NCBI GenBank assembly: GCA_041661505.1 | Contig: JBAZUF010000004.1 | Coordinates: forward strand, 68,861-132,860 | Source: Patescibacteria group bacterium | GTDB lineage: Bacteria > Patescibacteriota > Patescibacteriia > Patescibacteriales > JBAZCA01 | Direction of reading: 5' to 3' | Length of the DNA stretch: 64,000 bases | In this document: positions 25,556 to 34,054 of the stretch, one piece after another | Layout of the letters: each line of letters starts with the position of its first letter | Position numbering within the stretch: the stretch's first letter is position 1 | The notes under the pieces: model-generated | What the model saw: the letters and a program-made list of their open reading frames with translations, nothing else | Database searches by the model: none | Told to the model about the DNA's origin: nothing | Program-made: the position numbers and the translations under genes

Positions 25556-27628
25556 ATGTATTTTAATAAAGAAAAAATCATAATTATTTTAAAATCCCTC
25601 ATCTTAATTTTAATGCTGGCCTTGACCGGCTTGATTTTTTTTCAGGAAATTAATTTTACTTCGCTTGATTTAGGGAGGCATTTGGAAAACGGCAAGATAG
25701 TCTGGAGCGAGCCGCAGGTGCTATATAAAAATTTATATTCTTTTACCGAACCGGATCATCCTTTCGTAAACCACCATTGGCTCTCGGGCGTAGTTTACTA
25801 TGGATTGTATAAAATCGGCGGATTCAAAATTTTAAGCCTGTTAAATATTTTACTGGCTCTTCTTGCCGCCGGTTTTAGTTTTTTCCATGCCAAAAAAATG
25901 TCTGGTACGGCAATAGCCGCTATAATCGGCCTGCCGGCGATTATAATCATGAGCGAACGGACGGATATTCGGCCGGAAATGTTCAGCCTGTTTTTAATTG
26001 TTTTATTTTTTTGGCTTTTGGAAAAATGGCGGCAGAATGAAAGCCGGGGCCTTTCCAATAAGCGGATAATATATGCTTCGTCCTTAATAATGCTTTTTTG
26101 GGTGAATCTGCATATTTATTTTTTCGCCGGTCTTCTTCTAATAAGCCTTTTTTCAGCTCTTTCGCTAATTTTTTCGTTTCTTAAACAAAAAAGCAGGCCG
26201 CGCTTTAAAGAGACTGTTATTGCGAACAAGGATAAGATTTATTTGGCTCTTGGCGCCTGGGGGGCATGCCTCGCAAATCCCCGTTTCATCCAGGGGCTTA
26301 TTTATCCTTTAAATATTTTTAAGGCTTACGGCTACGAAATAGTCGAAAACAAATCGCCGTTTTTTTTAGAGAATTTAATGGTCGACCCGAATATTTTCGT
26401 ATTTAAGCTGATACTCGGACTGCTTGCTGCCAGCTTTATCGTAAAGACAGCTTTTATCATCCGGCGAAAAGAAAAAATCAGCGAAAGATTTATTTTTCAT
26501 TTTTTCGTTTCCATATTTTTTTCAGCGATTTCTTTTTTTGCTATCCGCAATTTGCCTGTTTTCGGGCTTATTTGCTGGCCGATTATTGCCTTGAATTTTA
26601 GTTCATTGAAAAAATGGCCCGGCTTCGCGGCCGGGCTTTCTCTGAAGGAAACCGATAATAAAAAAAGCGGGGGAAGCTTGAAAATAAACGCTATTACTAT
26701 AGCCGTGATTTTAATTGTTTACGCGTCGGCCTTAAATTACGTCATTAAGGACGAAAAAACCGATCAAAAAATTGTGAGAAATCCATTCGGTCTTGGCTTA
26801 AAAGCCGGGTCAGACCAATCCATAAAATTTTTTAAGGAAAATAATTTACCCGGACAGCCAAGCCGGTTAGCCGGCCCGATTTTTAATAACTATGATTTAG
26901 GCAGCGCCTTGGAATTTTGGCTTTATCCGGGCGAGCGGGTATTTACCGACAACCGGCCCGAGGCTTATACGGTTGAGTTCTTCCAGAACATCTATAAGCC
27001 CATGCAGACCTCAAAAGAGGCTTGGGAAAAATATTCTAAAGAGTATGGCATAAATTTAATTTATTTTTCCTACACTGATGGAACGCCCTGGGCTAGGCAG
27101 TTTTTGGCCGAACGGATGAAGGATGAAAATTGGCCGATGATTTATTTTGATAATTATACCGTGCTGATGGTAAAAAACGGCGAAAAAAACCGCGAGCTCA
27201 TTAATAGATATAAAATGGACGGGGAAAAATTTAAAAAGCGCTTTAAGCAACTGGCTGGCCTGGCCGGGGCGGACAAGATGCTTCTCGCGAATTTTGCCGA
27301 ACTCTATGGCGAAGACGGACTGGCGCAGGAAATATACGAGGGCGAGCTCGCAAAAAATCCGCAAGGCGGCAAGCAACTGGCTGGCCTGGCCGGAGTTTAT
27401 GCCGGCCGGCCCAAAGCCGAAGACCAAATAAAAGCCGTCGAGCTTTTCAAAAAGGCGGCTGAAAACGGCTACCGGCTTCCGGGAATTTACGTCCAAATCG
27501 GCCTTAGCTATTGGAGTTTGGGGGAATACGGGGAGGCTAAGAAAATGTGGGAAGAGGCTTTAAAAATCGATAAAGAAAACACCCATGCCCGATATTATCT
27601 AAACCAGGCTGGCGCCCTAATAAAATGA
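25556..27628 (+). CDS. Large polytopic membrane protein with extracytoplasmic domain and C-terminal TPR-like repeats (possible GT-C-type glycosyltransferase)
   Basis: About 12 predicted TM segments in the first ~390 aa, followed by a soluble domain. The C-terminal helical repeats include a duplicated KQLAGLAG motif. The GT-C assignment rests on topology only. Confidence 0.65.
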   Translation: MYFNKEKIIIILKSLILILMLALTGLIFFQEINFTSLDLGRHLENGKIVWSEPQVLYKNLYSFTEPDHPFVNHHWLSGVVYYGLYKIGGFKILSLLNILLALLAAGFSFFHAKKMSGTAIAAIIGLPAIIIMSERTDIRPEMFSLFLIVLFFWLLEKWRQNESRGLSNKRIIYASSLIMLFWVNLHIYFFAGLLLISLFSALSLIFSFLKQKSRPRFKETVIANKDKIYLALGAWGACLANPRFIQGLIYPLNIFKAYGYEIVENKSPFFLENLMVDPNIFVFKLILGLLAASFIVKTAFIIRRKEKISERFIFHFFVSIFFSAISFFAIRNLPVFGLICWPIIALNFSSLKKWPGFAAGLSLKETDNKKSGGSLKINAITIAVILIVYASALNYVIKDEKTDQKIVRNPFGLGLKAGSDQSIKFFKENNLPGQPSRLAGPIFNNYDLGSALEFWLYPGERVFTDNRPEAYTVEFFQNIYKPMQTSKEAWEKYSKEYGINLIYFSYTDGTPWARQFLAERMKDENWPMIYFDNYTVLMVKNGEKNRELINRYKMDGEKFKKRFKQLAGLAGADKMLLANFAELYGEDGLAQEIYEGELAKNPQGGKQLAGLAGVYAGRPKAEDQIKAVELFKKAAENGYRLPGIYVQIGLSYWSLGEYGEAKKMWEEALKIDKENTHARYYLNQAGALIK

Positions 27629-27707
27629 AATGCCCAGCCCTTTTCACAGCTTCGGATTTATGGGATAATTAAGGCAAGCTTTCAAACGGAAAGAATTTTT
27701 ATAATTT

Positions 27708-28106
27708 ATGCCAAAAAAAATATTCATCGTCGAAGATGACGCCAATATGCTTTTTAGCCTGCAGGCTAAATTAAGGGTCGCCGGTTTTGAAGTTATCATC
27801 AGCCAGGGCGACGAGACCGAAGAAAGGGTTGTGGAAAAAGTAAAGAGCTTTTTACCGGATTATCTTATTCTTGATCTTGTACTTCCGCAAACCGAAGGCT
27901 TTAAAATCTTATCCCTTTTAAAATCGAGCCGGGGACTGCCGAACCTGCCGGTATTTGTTTTTACCAATTTAAGCGATTCGGAAAGCCGGGAAAAGGCGGC
28001 CAGGCTCGGCGCCGTCCAGTTCATAAATAAAAATGAATTTAATATTGATGATTTTATAGAAAAAATAAAAAAGATTGTTTCCAATTTTGAAAAAACCAAA
28101 TGCTAA
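27708..28106 (+). CDS. Single-domain response regulator (receiver only)
   Basis: IFIVEDD, phospho-acceptor context YLILDLVLP, VFVFTNLSD, and a conserved Lys region. There is no output domain. The stop overlaps the next gene's start (ATGCTAA). Confidence 0.85.
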   Translation: MPKKIFIVEDDANMLFSLQAKLRVAGFEVIISQGDETEERVVEKVKSFLPDYLILDLVLPQTEGFKILSLLKSSRGLPNLPVFVFTNLSDSESREKAARLGAVQFINKNEFNIDDFIEKIKKIVSNFEKTKC

Positions 28107-30199
28107 GAATAATTTCCTGGATTAAGTCCTTATCGTTAAAAAAGAAAATATTGTTGGTATTAACGCTGGCCGTCATTATTATCGGAGCGTTTTTTGTTTT
28201 AAAGAAAAAGCCGGCGGCCGAGTATACGACCGCCAAAGCCGCCCTAGGAACCTTAAAGCAAACCGTATCGGAAACCGGAACGGTCGAGGCGCCGGAAGAT
28301 TTGAATTTAAGTTTTTTGGCTTCCGGGCGCTTGAATAAAATTTTAGTGAAAGAAGGGGAAAGGGTTTTTGGCGGCCAAGCTTTGGCCGAACTGGATTATG
28401 GCGCATTATCCATTAAGAAAAAAGAAGCCCAGGCCAGCCTGGATTCGGCTAATGCCAGTTTGGACAAACTTATTTCCGGGTCAACCGGATCAGAAATAAG
28501 AGTCGCCCGGGCTAATGTCAATCAGGCCAAAGCCAGCTATAACGCCGCGGTGGTTGACTTGGAAAAAACAAAAAATACCACGGCTGAAAACAACCGGCAG
28601 GCGCAAAAAAAGGTAAGTGACTTAACCTCGTCCGCGCCGACTGACGTTACTACTTATGAGCAGTCGGTAATCCAAGCGAAAACCGTCCTGGACAATACCA
28701 GATCTTCTTACGAAACGGCCTTAAAAAATTATCGCGCTGACGCCTTGTCCGCCGTTGAAGACAGTATTTTCGACGGTCAAACTGCTCTGGATAAAATTGA
28801 CGCGATTTTGCAGGATACGGACAAGATGGCCAACTTCAGCGTTAAAGATGCGTCTTTTATCGCGAAAACCAAAGATGGTTATACTGACGCCGGGGTTAAA
28901 AAAAATACGGCTAATACTGATCTTTCCGCCGGCAAATCTTCTAACCGGGACGCCGACATTAAAACGGCGTCTAATAGCGCCATCACTTTCCTTAACGCGG
29001 TTTTAAAAGCGCTTGATTACTGCTTTAAAGGACTGGAAAAAAGCTTGGCTACTTCGGATTATTCCCAAGCTACGCTGGATGCCGATAAAACATTAATTTC
29101 AACGCAAATAAGCACCATTACCGCGAGCATCTCGTCTCTGCAAACCGCCGGTCAGAATCTTAATACCGGAATCTTAAATTATGATACTAAAGTCCGGGAA
29201 GCTGAAGAAGACCTGGCCCAGGCGCAAGCCAGCCTGGATAACGCCGCTTTGGGCGCCCAAAACAGTTTAGACTCAACTAAATTAACCGGGGAGCAAAGCT
29301 TGGCGGCGGCAGAATCAAAAGTTGAAACGGCGCTTAAGGCTTACGACTCGGCGCAAGCCAGCCTGGATAAGGTTTTGGCTGGATCAAATAACTTCGATAT
29401 CCGCGCGGCCCAGGCCGGCTTTGCCCAGGCCGAAGCTAATTTAGAATCAATAAACAGGCAGATTGAAGACAGCGTCATCATCGCGCCGGTTTCCGGAACG
29501 GTAACCAAAATCGCCTACCAAATTGGTGAAACCGTTCAGGCGGCTTCGACCGCCATCTCAATGATCGGCGACAATGACTTTAATATAAAGATCGATATTT
29601 CTGAAATCGACGTCTCCAAAATAAGCGCGGGGAATGAATGCGAAATCACTTTCGATTCCTTTGGCGCGGAAAAGAAATTCGAGGGAATTGTTTATTTTAT
29701 TGACACGGCTCCGACCATAATCCAGGACGTAGTATATTACAAAGTGAAAGTCAAATTAAAAGGAACCGATGTTATGGACGAACTAACGGCGACGAGCACG
29801 GCTGGCGCCGTAGCTATTGGCGCGACATCTACGGCCCCTTTATTAGAAGGCTCTTCGGAAGCCGGAGAAGACCTGGAAAATCCGGCCGAGACCGCCGAAA
29901 ATGCCTCTGCCGCGAAAGCGGAGGCCGAGATGACTGAAGAATATTCCCGGATAAAACCCGGGATGACCGCCAACGTCGATATCTTTGCCGCCAAAAAAGA
30001 CGGAGTCCTGATTATGCCTTTGCGCGCGGTCGTTGATAAAAACGGATCAGGAAAGTACGTCCGCGTTATGGACGGCAAAACTCCGAAAGAAGTTCCGGTT
30101 GAAATCGGATTAAAAGGCGACGAAGGGATGGTCGAAGTGATTTCCGGGGTTAAAGAAGGCGACGAGGTAGTTACGTTCGTAAAAGAAAACGCGAAATAA
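28100..30199 (+). CDS. HlyD/MacA-type membrane-fusion (periplasmic adaptor) protein, unusually long
   Basis: N-terminal TM segment, lipoyl-like halves (GTVEAPEDLNLSF...GERVFGGQALAELD and IIAPVSGTVTKIAYQIGE), a helical region of about 360 aa between them, and beta-barrel/MP domains carrying an Ala/Glu-rich insert. Confidence 0.85.
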   Translation: MLRIISWIKSLSLKKKILLVLTLAVIIIGAFFVLKKKPAAEYTTAKAALGTLKQTVSETGTVEAPEDLNLSFLASGRLNKILVKEGERVFGGQALAELDYGALSIKKKEAQASLDSANASLDKLISGSTGSEIRVARANVNQAKASYNAAVVDLEKTKNTTAENNRQAQKKVSDLTSSAPTDVTTYEQSVIQAKTVLDNTRSSYETALKNYRADALSAVEDSIFDGQTALDKIDAILQDTDKMANFSVKDASFIAKTKDGYTDAGVKKNTANTDLSAGKSSNRDADIKTASNSAITFLNAVLKALDYCFKGLEKSLATSDYSQATLDADKTLISTQISTITASISSLQTAGQNLNTGILNYDTKVREAEEDLAQAQASLDNAALGAQNSLDSTKLTGEQSLAAAESKVETALKAYDSAQASLDKVLAGSNNFDIRAAQAGFAQAEANLESINRQIEDSVIIAPVSGTVTKIAYQIGETVQAASTAISMIGDNDFNIKIDISEIDVSKISAGNECEITFDSFGAEKKFEGIVYFIDTAPTIIQDVVYYKVKVKLKGTDVMDELTATSTAGAVAIGATSTAPLLEGSSEAGEDLENPAETAENASAAKAEAEMTEEYSRIKPGMTANVDIFAAKKDGVLIMPLRAVVDKNGSGKYVRVMDGKTPKEVPVEIGLKGDEGMVEVISGVKEGDEVVTFVKENAK

Positions 30200-30241
30200 T
30201 ATCCGCCGGACGGCGGAAAAATAAAATAGGAAATTGCCAAT

Positions 30242-30961
30242 ATGCCCGCTTTGATTAATATTAACGACCTTCATAAAATCTATAAATCCGAAGACATCGA
30301 AACCCACGTTCTGCGTGGGGTTAGTTTTAAAATCGAGAAAGGCGAATTTGTCTCGATTATGGGGCCGTCCGGCTCGGGAAAATCGACGCTTATGCATATC
30401 CTGGGGCTCCTTGACCGGGCGTCATCCGGCGTTTATGAATTCGAAGGAGTGAACGTAACCGAACTGTCGGACAATGAATTGGCTAAAATGCGTAATGAGA
30501 AAATCGGGTTTGTTTTTCAGGCTTTTAACCTGCTTCCGCGGACCAGCGTTTTGGAAAATGTAGTTCTGCCTTTGTCTTATTCGGCGAACAAGGCCGGCAT
30601 GCAGGGCCGGGCGAAAAAAGTTTTGGAAAGCGTCGGGCTGGGCCATCGCCTGCCATACTTCACTAACCAAATATCGGGCGGGGAAAAACAGCGCGTCGCC
30701 ATTGCCCGGGCTTTGGTCAATGAGCCGTCGATAATTTTTGCCGACGAGCCAACCGGAAATCTTGACTCAAAATCCGGCACCCAAATTATGGAAATACTCC
30801 AGCATTTGAATAATGAAGGCAATACGATTGTCATGGTAACGCACGAAACTTACACTTCCGAGCACGCGAAAAGAATTATAAAGATAAGAGACGGCGAAAT
30901 TGTCGATGACTATCTCGTGGAGCACCGCCGCATAGCCAAAGACGGCGTGATGCTCAAGTAG
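30242..30961 (+). CDS. ABC transporter ATP-binding protein (LolD/MacB-NBD type)
   Basis: Walker [11 protein letters not shown]-loop, signature [15 protein letters not shown], Walker [13 protein letters not shown], and H-loop VTHE. Confidence 0.93.
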   Translation: MPALININDLHKIYKSEDIETHVLRGVSFKIEKGEFVSIMGPSGSGKSTLMHILGLLDRASSGVYEFEGVNVTELSDNELAKMRNEKIGFVFQAFNLLPRTSVLENVVLPLSYSANKAGMQGRAKKVLESVGLGHRLPYFTNQISGGEKQRVAIARALVNEPSIIFADEPTGNLDSKSGTQIMEILQHLNNEGNTIVMVTHETYTSEHAKRIIKIRDGEIVDDYLVEHRRIAKDGVMLK

Positions 30962-31033
30962 AATTTTTGATATGGACGCGATAGATGTGATTGTCTGGCG
31001 ATGATAAAGACGGAAAAGTAAATATAAACGGCC

Positions 31034-32287
31034 ATGATTAATTTTTGCAAACAATGCGTAAAGAATTCTGTCCGGGCGCTTTTAGGAAATAAGATGAGGA
31101 GCTTTTTGACCATGCTCGGGATTATCATCGGCGTGTCGGCGGTAATTATTATCATGGCGGTCGGCGCCGGGGCTCAAAGCCTGATTTTAGATCAGATCAA
31201 AGGAATCGGTACGGATTTAATCGGTATTCAGCCGGGTAAAAGCGATTCTAAAGAGCCGCCGGCTTCGGTGATGGGAATCGTAATCGCCACTCTTACTTAC
31301 GAAGACGCTTTGGCGCTCGCGAAAGTGAATAATGTTCCGGACTTGACGAGCGTTGAAGCGACCGTTAAAGGAGTGGTTACGGTTTCATGGGAGAATAATG
31401 AAGTTGATACCAATTTAAACGGGACTATGGCTAGCTATCCGGAAGCCGAATCGCATGACGTGGAAGCCGGGCGGTTTTTTACGGCGGACGAAGAAAGGGG
31501 CATTGCCAAGGTAGTAGTGCTGGGCTCAAAAGTAAAAGACGATATTTTCGGCCAAAGCGACGCTATCGGGCAAAAGCTGAAAATTAAAAAACATACTTTC
31601 CAGGTAATCGGCGTTATGAAGAAAAAGGGAAGCGTAGCCTTCCAGGACTATGATGACCAAATTATGGTCCCGATTACCGCGGCCCAAAAGCTGATTCTGG
31701 GGATTAACTACGTCAACATGATCCGCGGCAAGGTAGATAGCGAAGACAATATTCCTAAAGCGACCGAGGATATAGAAAAGACGCTTCGCGAACGGCACGG
31801 AATAAGCGACCAATCCGGCGCCGGGGACGATTTTACGGTTCGAAACGCCGCCCAGGCGCTTGATATGGTAACGACGGTTACTGACGCGCTAAAATATTTT
31901 TTGGCGGCCATGGCGGCAATTTCCCTTGTGGTTGGCGGCATTGGCATTATGAATATAATGCTCGTGAGCGTTTCCGAGCGGACGCGCGAGATTGGGCTAA
32001 GAAAAGCAGTCGGCGCCAGGCGCTCGGATATCCTTATTCAATTTTTAACTGAATCGATAATTATTACCCTTACCGGAGGAATAATCGGCATTGCCGCCGG
32101 CGCGCTGGTTTCGCTTATAATCGCTTTGGGAGCCCATGCCATGAACTACCAATGGGATTACAGCGTTTCGTTTTTATCCATCGCCTTAGGCGTGGGAGTT
32201 TCCTCTTTTGTCGGTTTGGTGTTTGGAATTTACCCGGCCAGCAAAGCGGGGAAGCTTGACCCGATTGAAGCTTTGCGGTATGAATAG
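31034..32287 (+). CDS. ABC transporter permease, MacB-PCD + FtsX type (paralog 1)
   Basis: NKMRSFLTMLGIIIGVSAVI TM1, a periplasmic core domain, and FtsX motif LVVGGIGIMNIMLVSVSERTREIGLRKAVGA...PIEALRYE. Confidence 0.9.
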   Translation: MINFCKQCVKNSVRALLGNKMRSFLTMLGIIIGVSAVIIIMAVGAGAQSLILDQIKGIGTDLIGIQPGKSDSKEPPASVMGIVIATLTYEDALALAKVNNVPDLTSVEATVKGVVTVSWENNEVDTNLNGTMASYPEAESHDVEAGRFFTADEERGIAKVVVLGSKVKDDIFGQSDAIGQKLKIKKHTFQVIGVMKKKGSVAFQDYDDQIMVPITAAQKLILGINYVNMIRGKVDSEDNIPKATEDIEKTLRERHGISDQSGAGDDFTVRNAAQALDMVTTVTDALKYFLAAMAAISLVVGGIGIMNIMLVSVSERTREIGLRKAVGARRSDILIQFLTESIIITLTGGIIGIAAGALVSLIIALGAHAMNYQWDYSVSFLSIALGVGVSSFVGLVFGIYPASKAGKLDPIEALRYE

Positions 32288-32322
32288 CTTGGCGCATGAA
32301 TAAAAAATAAAATTCACATTTT

Positions 32323-32394
32323 GCCTTCGTCGTTCAATGGATAGGACGCAAGTTTCCGGAACTTGTGATGCAGGTTCGATTCCTGCCGAGGGCA
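32323..32394 (+). tRNA. tRNA-Arg (anticodon CCG)
   Basis: Acceptor gccttcg/cgagggc (one G-U pair), D stem gttc/ggac, anticodon stem caagt/acttg with loop ttCCGga, and T arm gcagg-ttcgatt-cctgc. 72 nt. It lies between the two permease genes. Confidence 0.9.
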
Positions 32395-32429
32395 CAAAAA
32401 TTCACGGCTCTTTAGAGCCGGAAATTTTT

Positions 32430-32500
32430 GTTCTTCGGCGGTTGCGAGGACCTGCCGTTTTGCAGGGGGCTTCCGCCCCTTCGATTCCTGCCGAGGGCAC
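32430..32500 (+). pseudogene. tRNA-Arg-derived tRNA-like fragment (no anticodon arm, 13-nt hairpin inserted in the T stem)
   Basis: The 21-nt sequence ttcgattcctgccgagggcac occurs exactly twice (32375-32395 and 32480-32500). Here it is preceded by gcagg plus the insert gggcttccgcccc, a degenerate D-arm (..ggac) and a degenerate acceptor 5' strand (ttcttcg). Confidence 0.55.
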
Positions 32501-32504
32501 CAAT

Positions 32505-33761
32505 ATGTTTTCATCCCTTAAAACCGCCTTTAAGTCTTTACGCACCAACAAGGGCCGAACGGCTTTGGCGATTTTAGGCATAGTAATCGGCATAGCGTCG
32601 GTCATAATAGTCTTCTCGGCCGGCGAGGGAATCCGCCATCTGATTATCGGGCAGGTAGAATCCTTTGGAACCAATATTATTGAATCAGAGCCGCGGGTGC
32701 CGAAAAAAACCGCTAAAGGAAGAGCCTCGGACACCGAACAGGGCATGGCGGCGGCTCAAGGCGTCCAGGTTACTTCCATGAAATTGAAAGATATGGATGA
32801 TATTGATAAATTGCCGAACGTAAAAGAAAGCTATGGCGCGGTTTTAGGCCAGGAGCAGGCCAGCTACGGCAATGAACTTAAAAAAGTTTTTGTCGAAGGA
32901 GTAAGCGCGAGCTACATTGACATTGACCAAAGCGAAATCGACTCCGGCCGTTTTTTTACCGATGCCGAAGACCGCTCATTGGCCGAGGTGGCGGTTCTTG
33001 GTTCGGAAATCAGTAATCAGCTGTTCGGCGATTCTGACCCTTTGGACAAGTGGATAAGGGTAAGAAAACAAAAATTCCGGATTATCGGCGTCTTAAAAGA
33101 ACGGGGTTCAATGGGCGGAGTAATGAATTTCGACCAATTTGTTTTTATCCCGCTTCGCACCCTGCAAAAAAAGATTATGGGCATTGACCATGTATTATAT
33201 ATGATCCATGAGCTAAATGACGTAAGTCTGGCAGATGAAACCGCCGCCGAAATAAAAACGATTTTAAGAACCAATCATAACATCACCGATCCGGACCGGG
33301 ATGATTTTGCCGTTACTACCATGGCCGAGATGATGAAAATTTTGGGGACTGTTACCAACGCCATTACCCTTTTACTTCTAACTATTGTCGCCATATCATT
33401 AGTCGTCGGCGGCGTTGGCGTTATGAATATTATGTACGTAATGGTTTCCGAGCGGACGCCGGAAATTGGATTGCGCAAATCAATCGGCGCGAAATTTTCG
33501 GATATCATGGGCCAGTTTTTGTTTGAATCAATCCTTATCACCCTTACGGGCGCGATTGTGGGAATCGTTCTCGGGGTGTTATTATCATTTTTAATCGCGC
33601 TCGCGGCCAGAGGCTTTGGACTGGCCTGGGAATTTGCCGTTCCGCTTCGCGCTTATCCCGTGGCCATAGGTTTTTCTTTATTATTCGGCTTGGCCTTCGG
33701 CCTGTATCCGGCGAGGAAGGCGGCGCGTCTTGACCCGGTTGAAGCTTTGCGCCGCGAATAA
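32505..33761 (+). CDS. ABC transporter permease, MacB-PCD + FtsX type (paralog 2)
   Basis: The family-typical N-terminus MFSSLKTAFKSLRTNKGRTALAILGIVIGIASVI starts at ATG 32505, and the FtsX motif is LVVGGVGVMNIMYVMVSERTPEIGLRKSIGA...PVEALRRE. The track start at 32337 would read through the tRNA gene. Confidence 0.88.
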   Translation: MFSSLKTAFKSLRTNKGRTALAILGIVIGIASVIIVFSAGEGIRHLIIGQVESFGTNIIESEPRVPKKTAKGRASDTEQGMAAAQGVQVTSMKLKDMDDIDKLPNVKESYGAVLGQEQASYGNELKKVFVEGVSASYIDIDQSEIDSGRFFTDAEDRSLAEVAVLGSEISNQLFGDSDPLDKWIRVRKQKFRIIGVLKERGSMGGVMNFDQFVFIPLRTLQKKIMGIDHVLYMIHELNDVSLADETAAEIKTILRTNHNITDPDRDDFAVTTMAEMMKILGTVTNAITLLLLTIVAISLVVGGVGVMNIMYVMVSERTPEIGLRKSIGAKFSDIMGQFLFESILITLTGAIVGIVLGVLLSFLIALAARGFGLAWEFAVPLRAYPVAIGFSLLFGLAFGLYPARKAARLDPVEALRRE

Positions 33762-33839
33762 GGCAAAGTTGCCGGATAGCCAGGCAAAGGATGGATGCGT
33801 GGGCGGTAATACAGGGACAGAGTAAAAAGACCGGCGGTA

Positions 33840-33867
33840 TTGAAAAGTTAGGATTAAGTGCTATAAT
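33840..33867 (+). promoter_or_regulatory. Putative promoter TTGAAA-16 nt-TATAAT in front of the tandem hairpin leader
   Basis: TTGAAA at 33840-33845 and TATAAT at 33862-33867. Confidence 0.45.
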
Positions 33868-33999
33868 CGCATTGAGTGAGGAAATGGAGCTTGCTCCAAT
33901 TTCCGAGCGAAGAAGACTATGTCTTTTTGACATAATCGCATTGAGTGAGCCCCGCACCATGCGGGACGAGCGAACAAGACTATGTCATCGGACATAATC
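33863..33999 (+). repeat. Tandem modular repeat (69-nt and 62-nt units), each with conserved arms and a different internal hairpin
   Basis: ataatcgcattgagtgag occurs at 33863 and 33932, and ataatc again at 33994. gagcgaa(g/c)aagactatgtc occurs at 33905 and 33968. The variable hairpins are ggaaatggag-cttg-ctccaatttcc and ccccgca-cca-tgcggg. The conserved hairpin gactatgtc-N4/5-gacataatc appears twice. Confidence 0.7.
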
Positions 34000-34054
34000 T
34001 AAAACGGTTTATTTAAGTAAAAATTGATGGGACCGGCATTTTGTCCCATATTTT

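Noticed and set aside
32337-32504. N-terminal 56-codon extension of the second permease in the ORF track
   Set aside because: The extension would translate straight through the tRNA-Arg gene and its partial copy. The family-typical N-terminus begins at ATG 32505.
33791-33997. 68-aa + strand ORF with internal IIALSE repeat
   Set aside because: It lies entirely within the tandem DNA repeat and its peptide repeat mirrors that DNA repeat. It has no RBS and overlaps promoter-like boxes and hairpins. I treat it as non-coding.
33863-33999. Possible mini-CRISPR array
   Set aside because: There are only two to three repeat copies. The repeats are longer than the variable parts, the variable parts are themselves hairpins, and no cas genes lie in the window.
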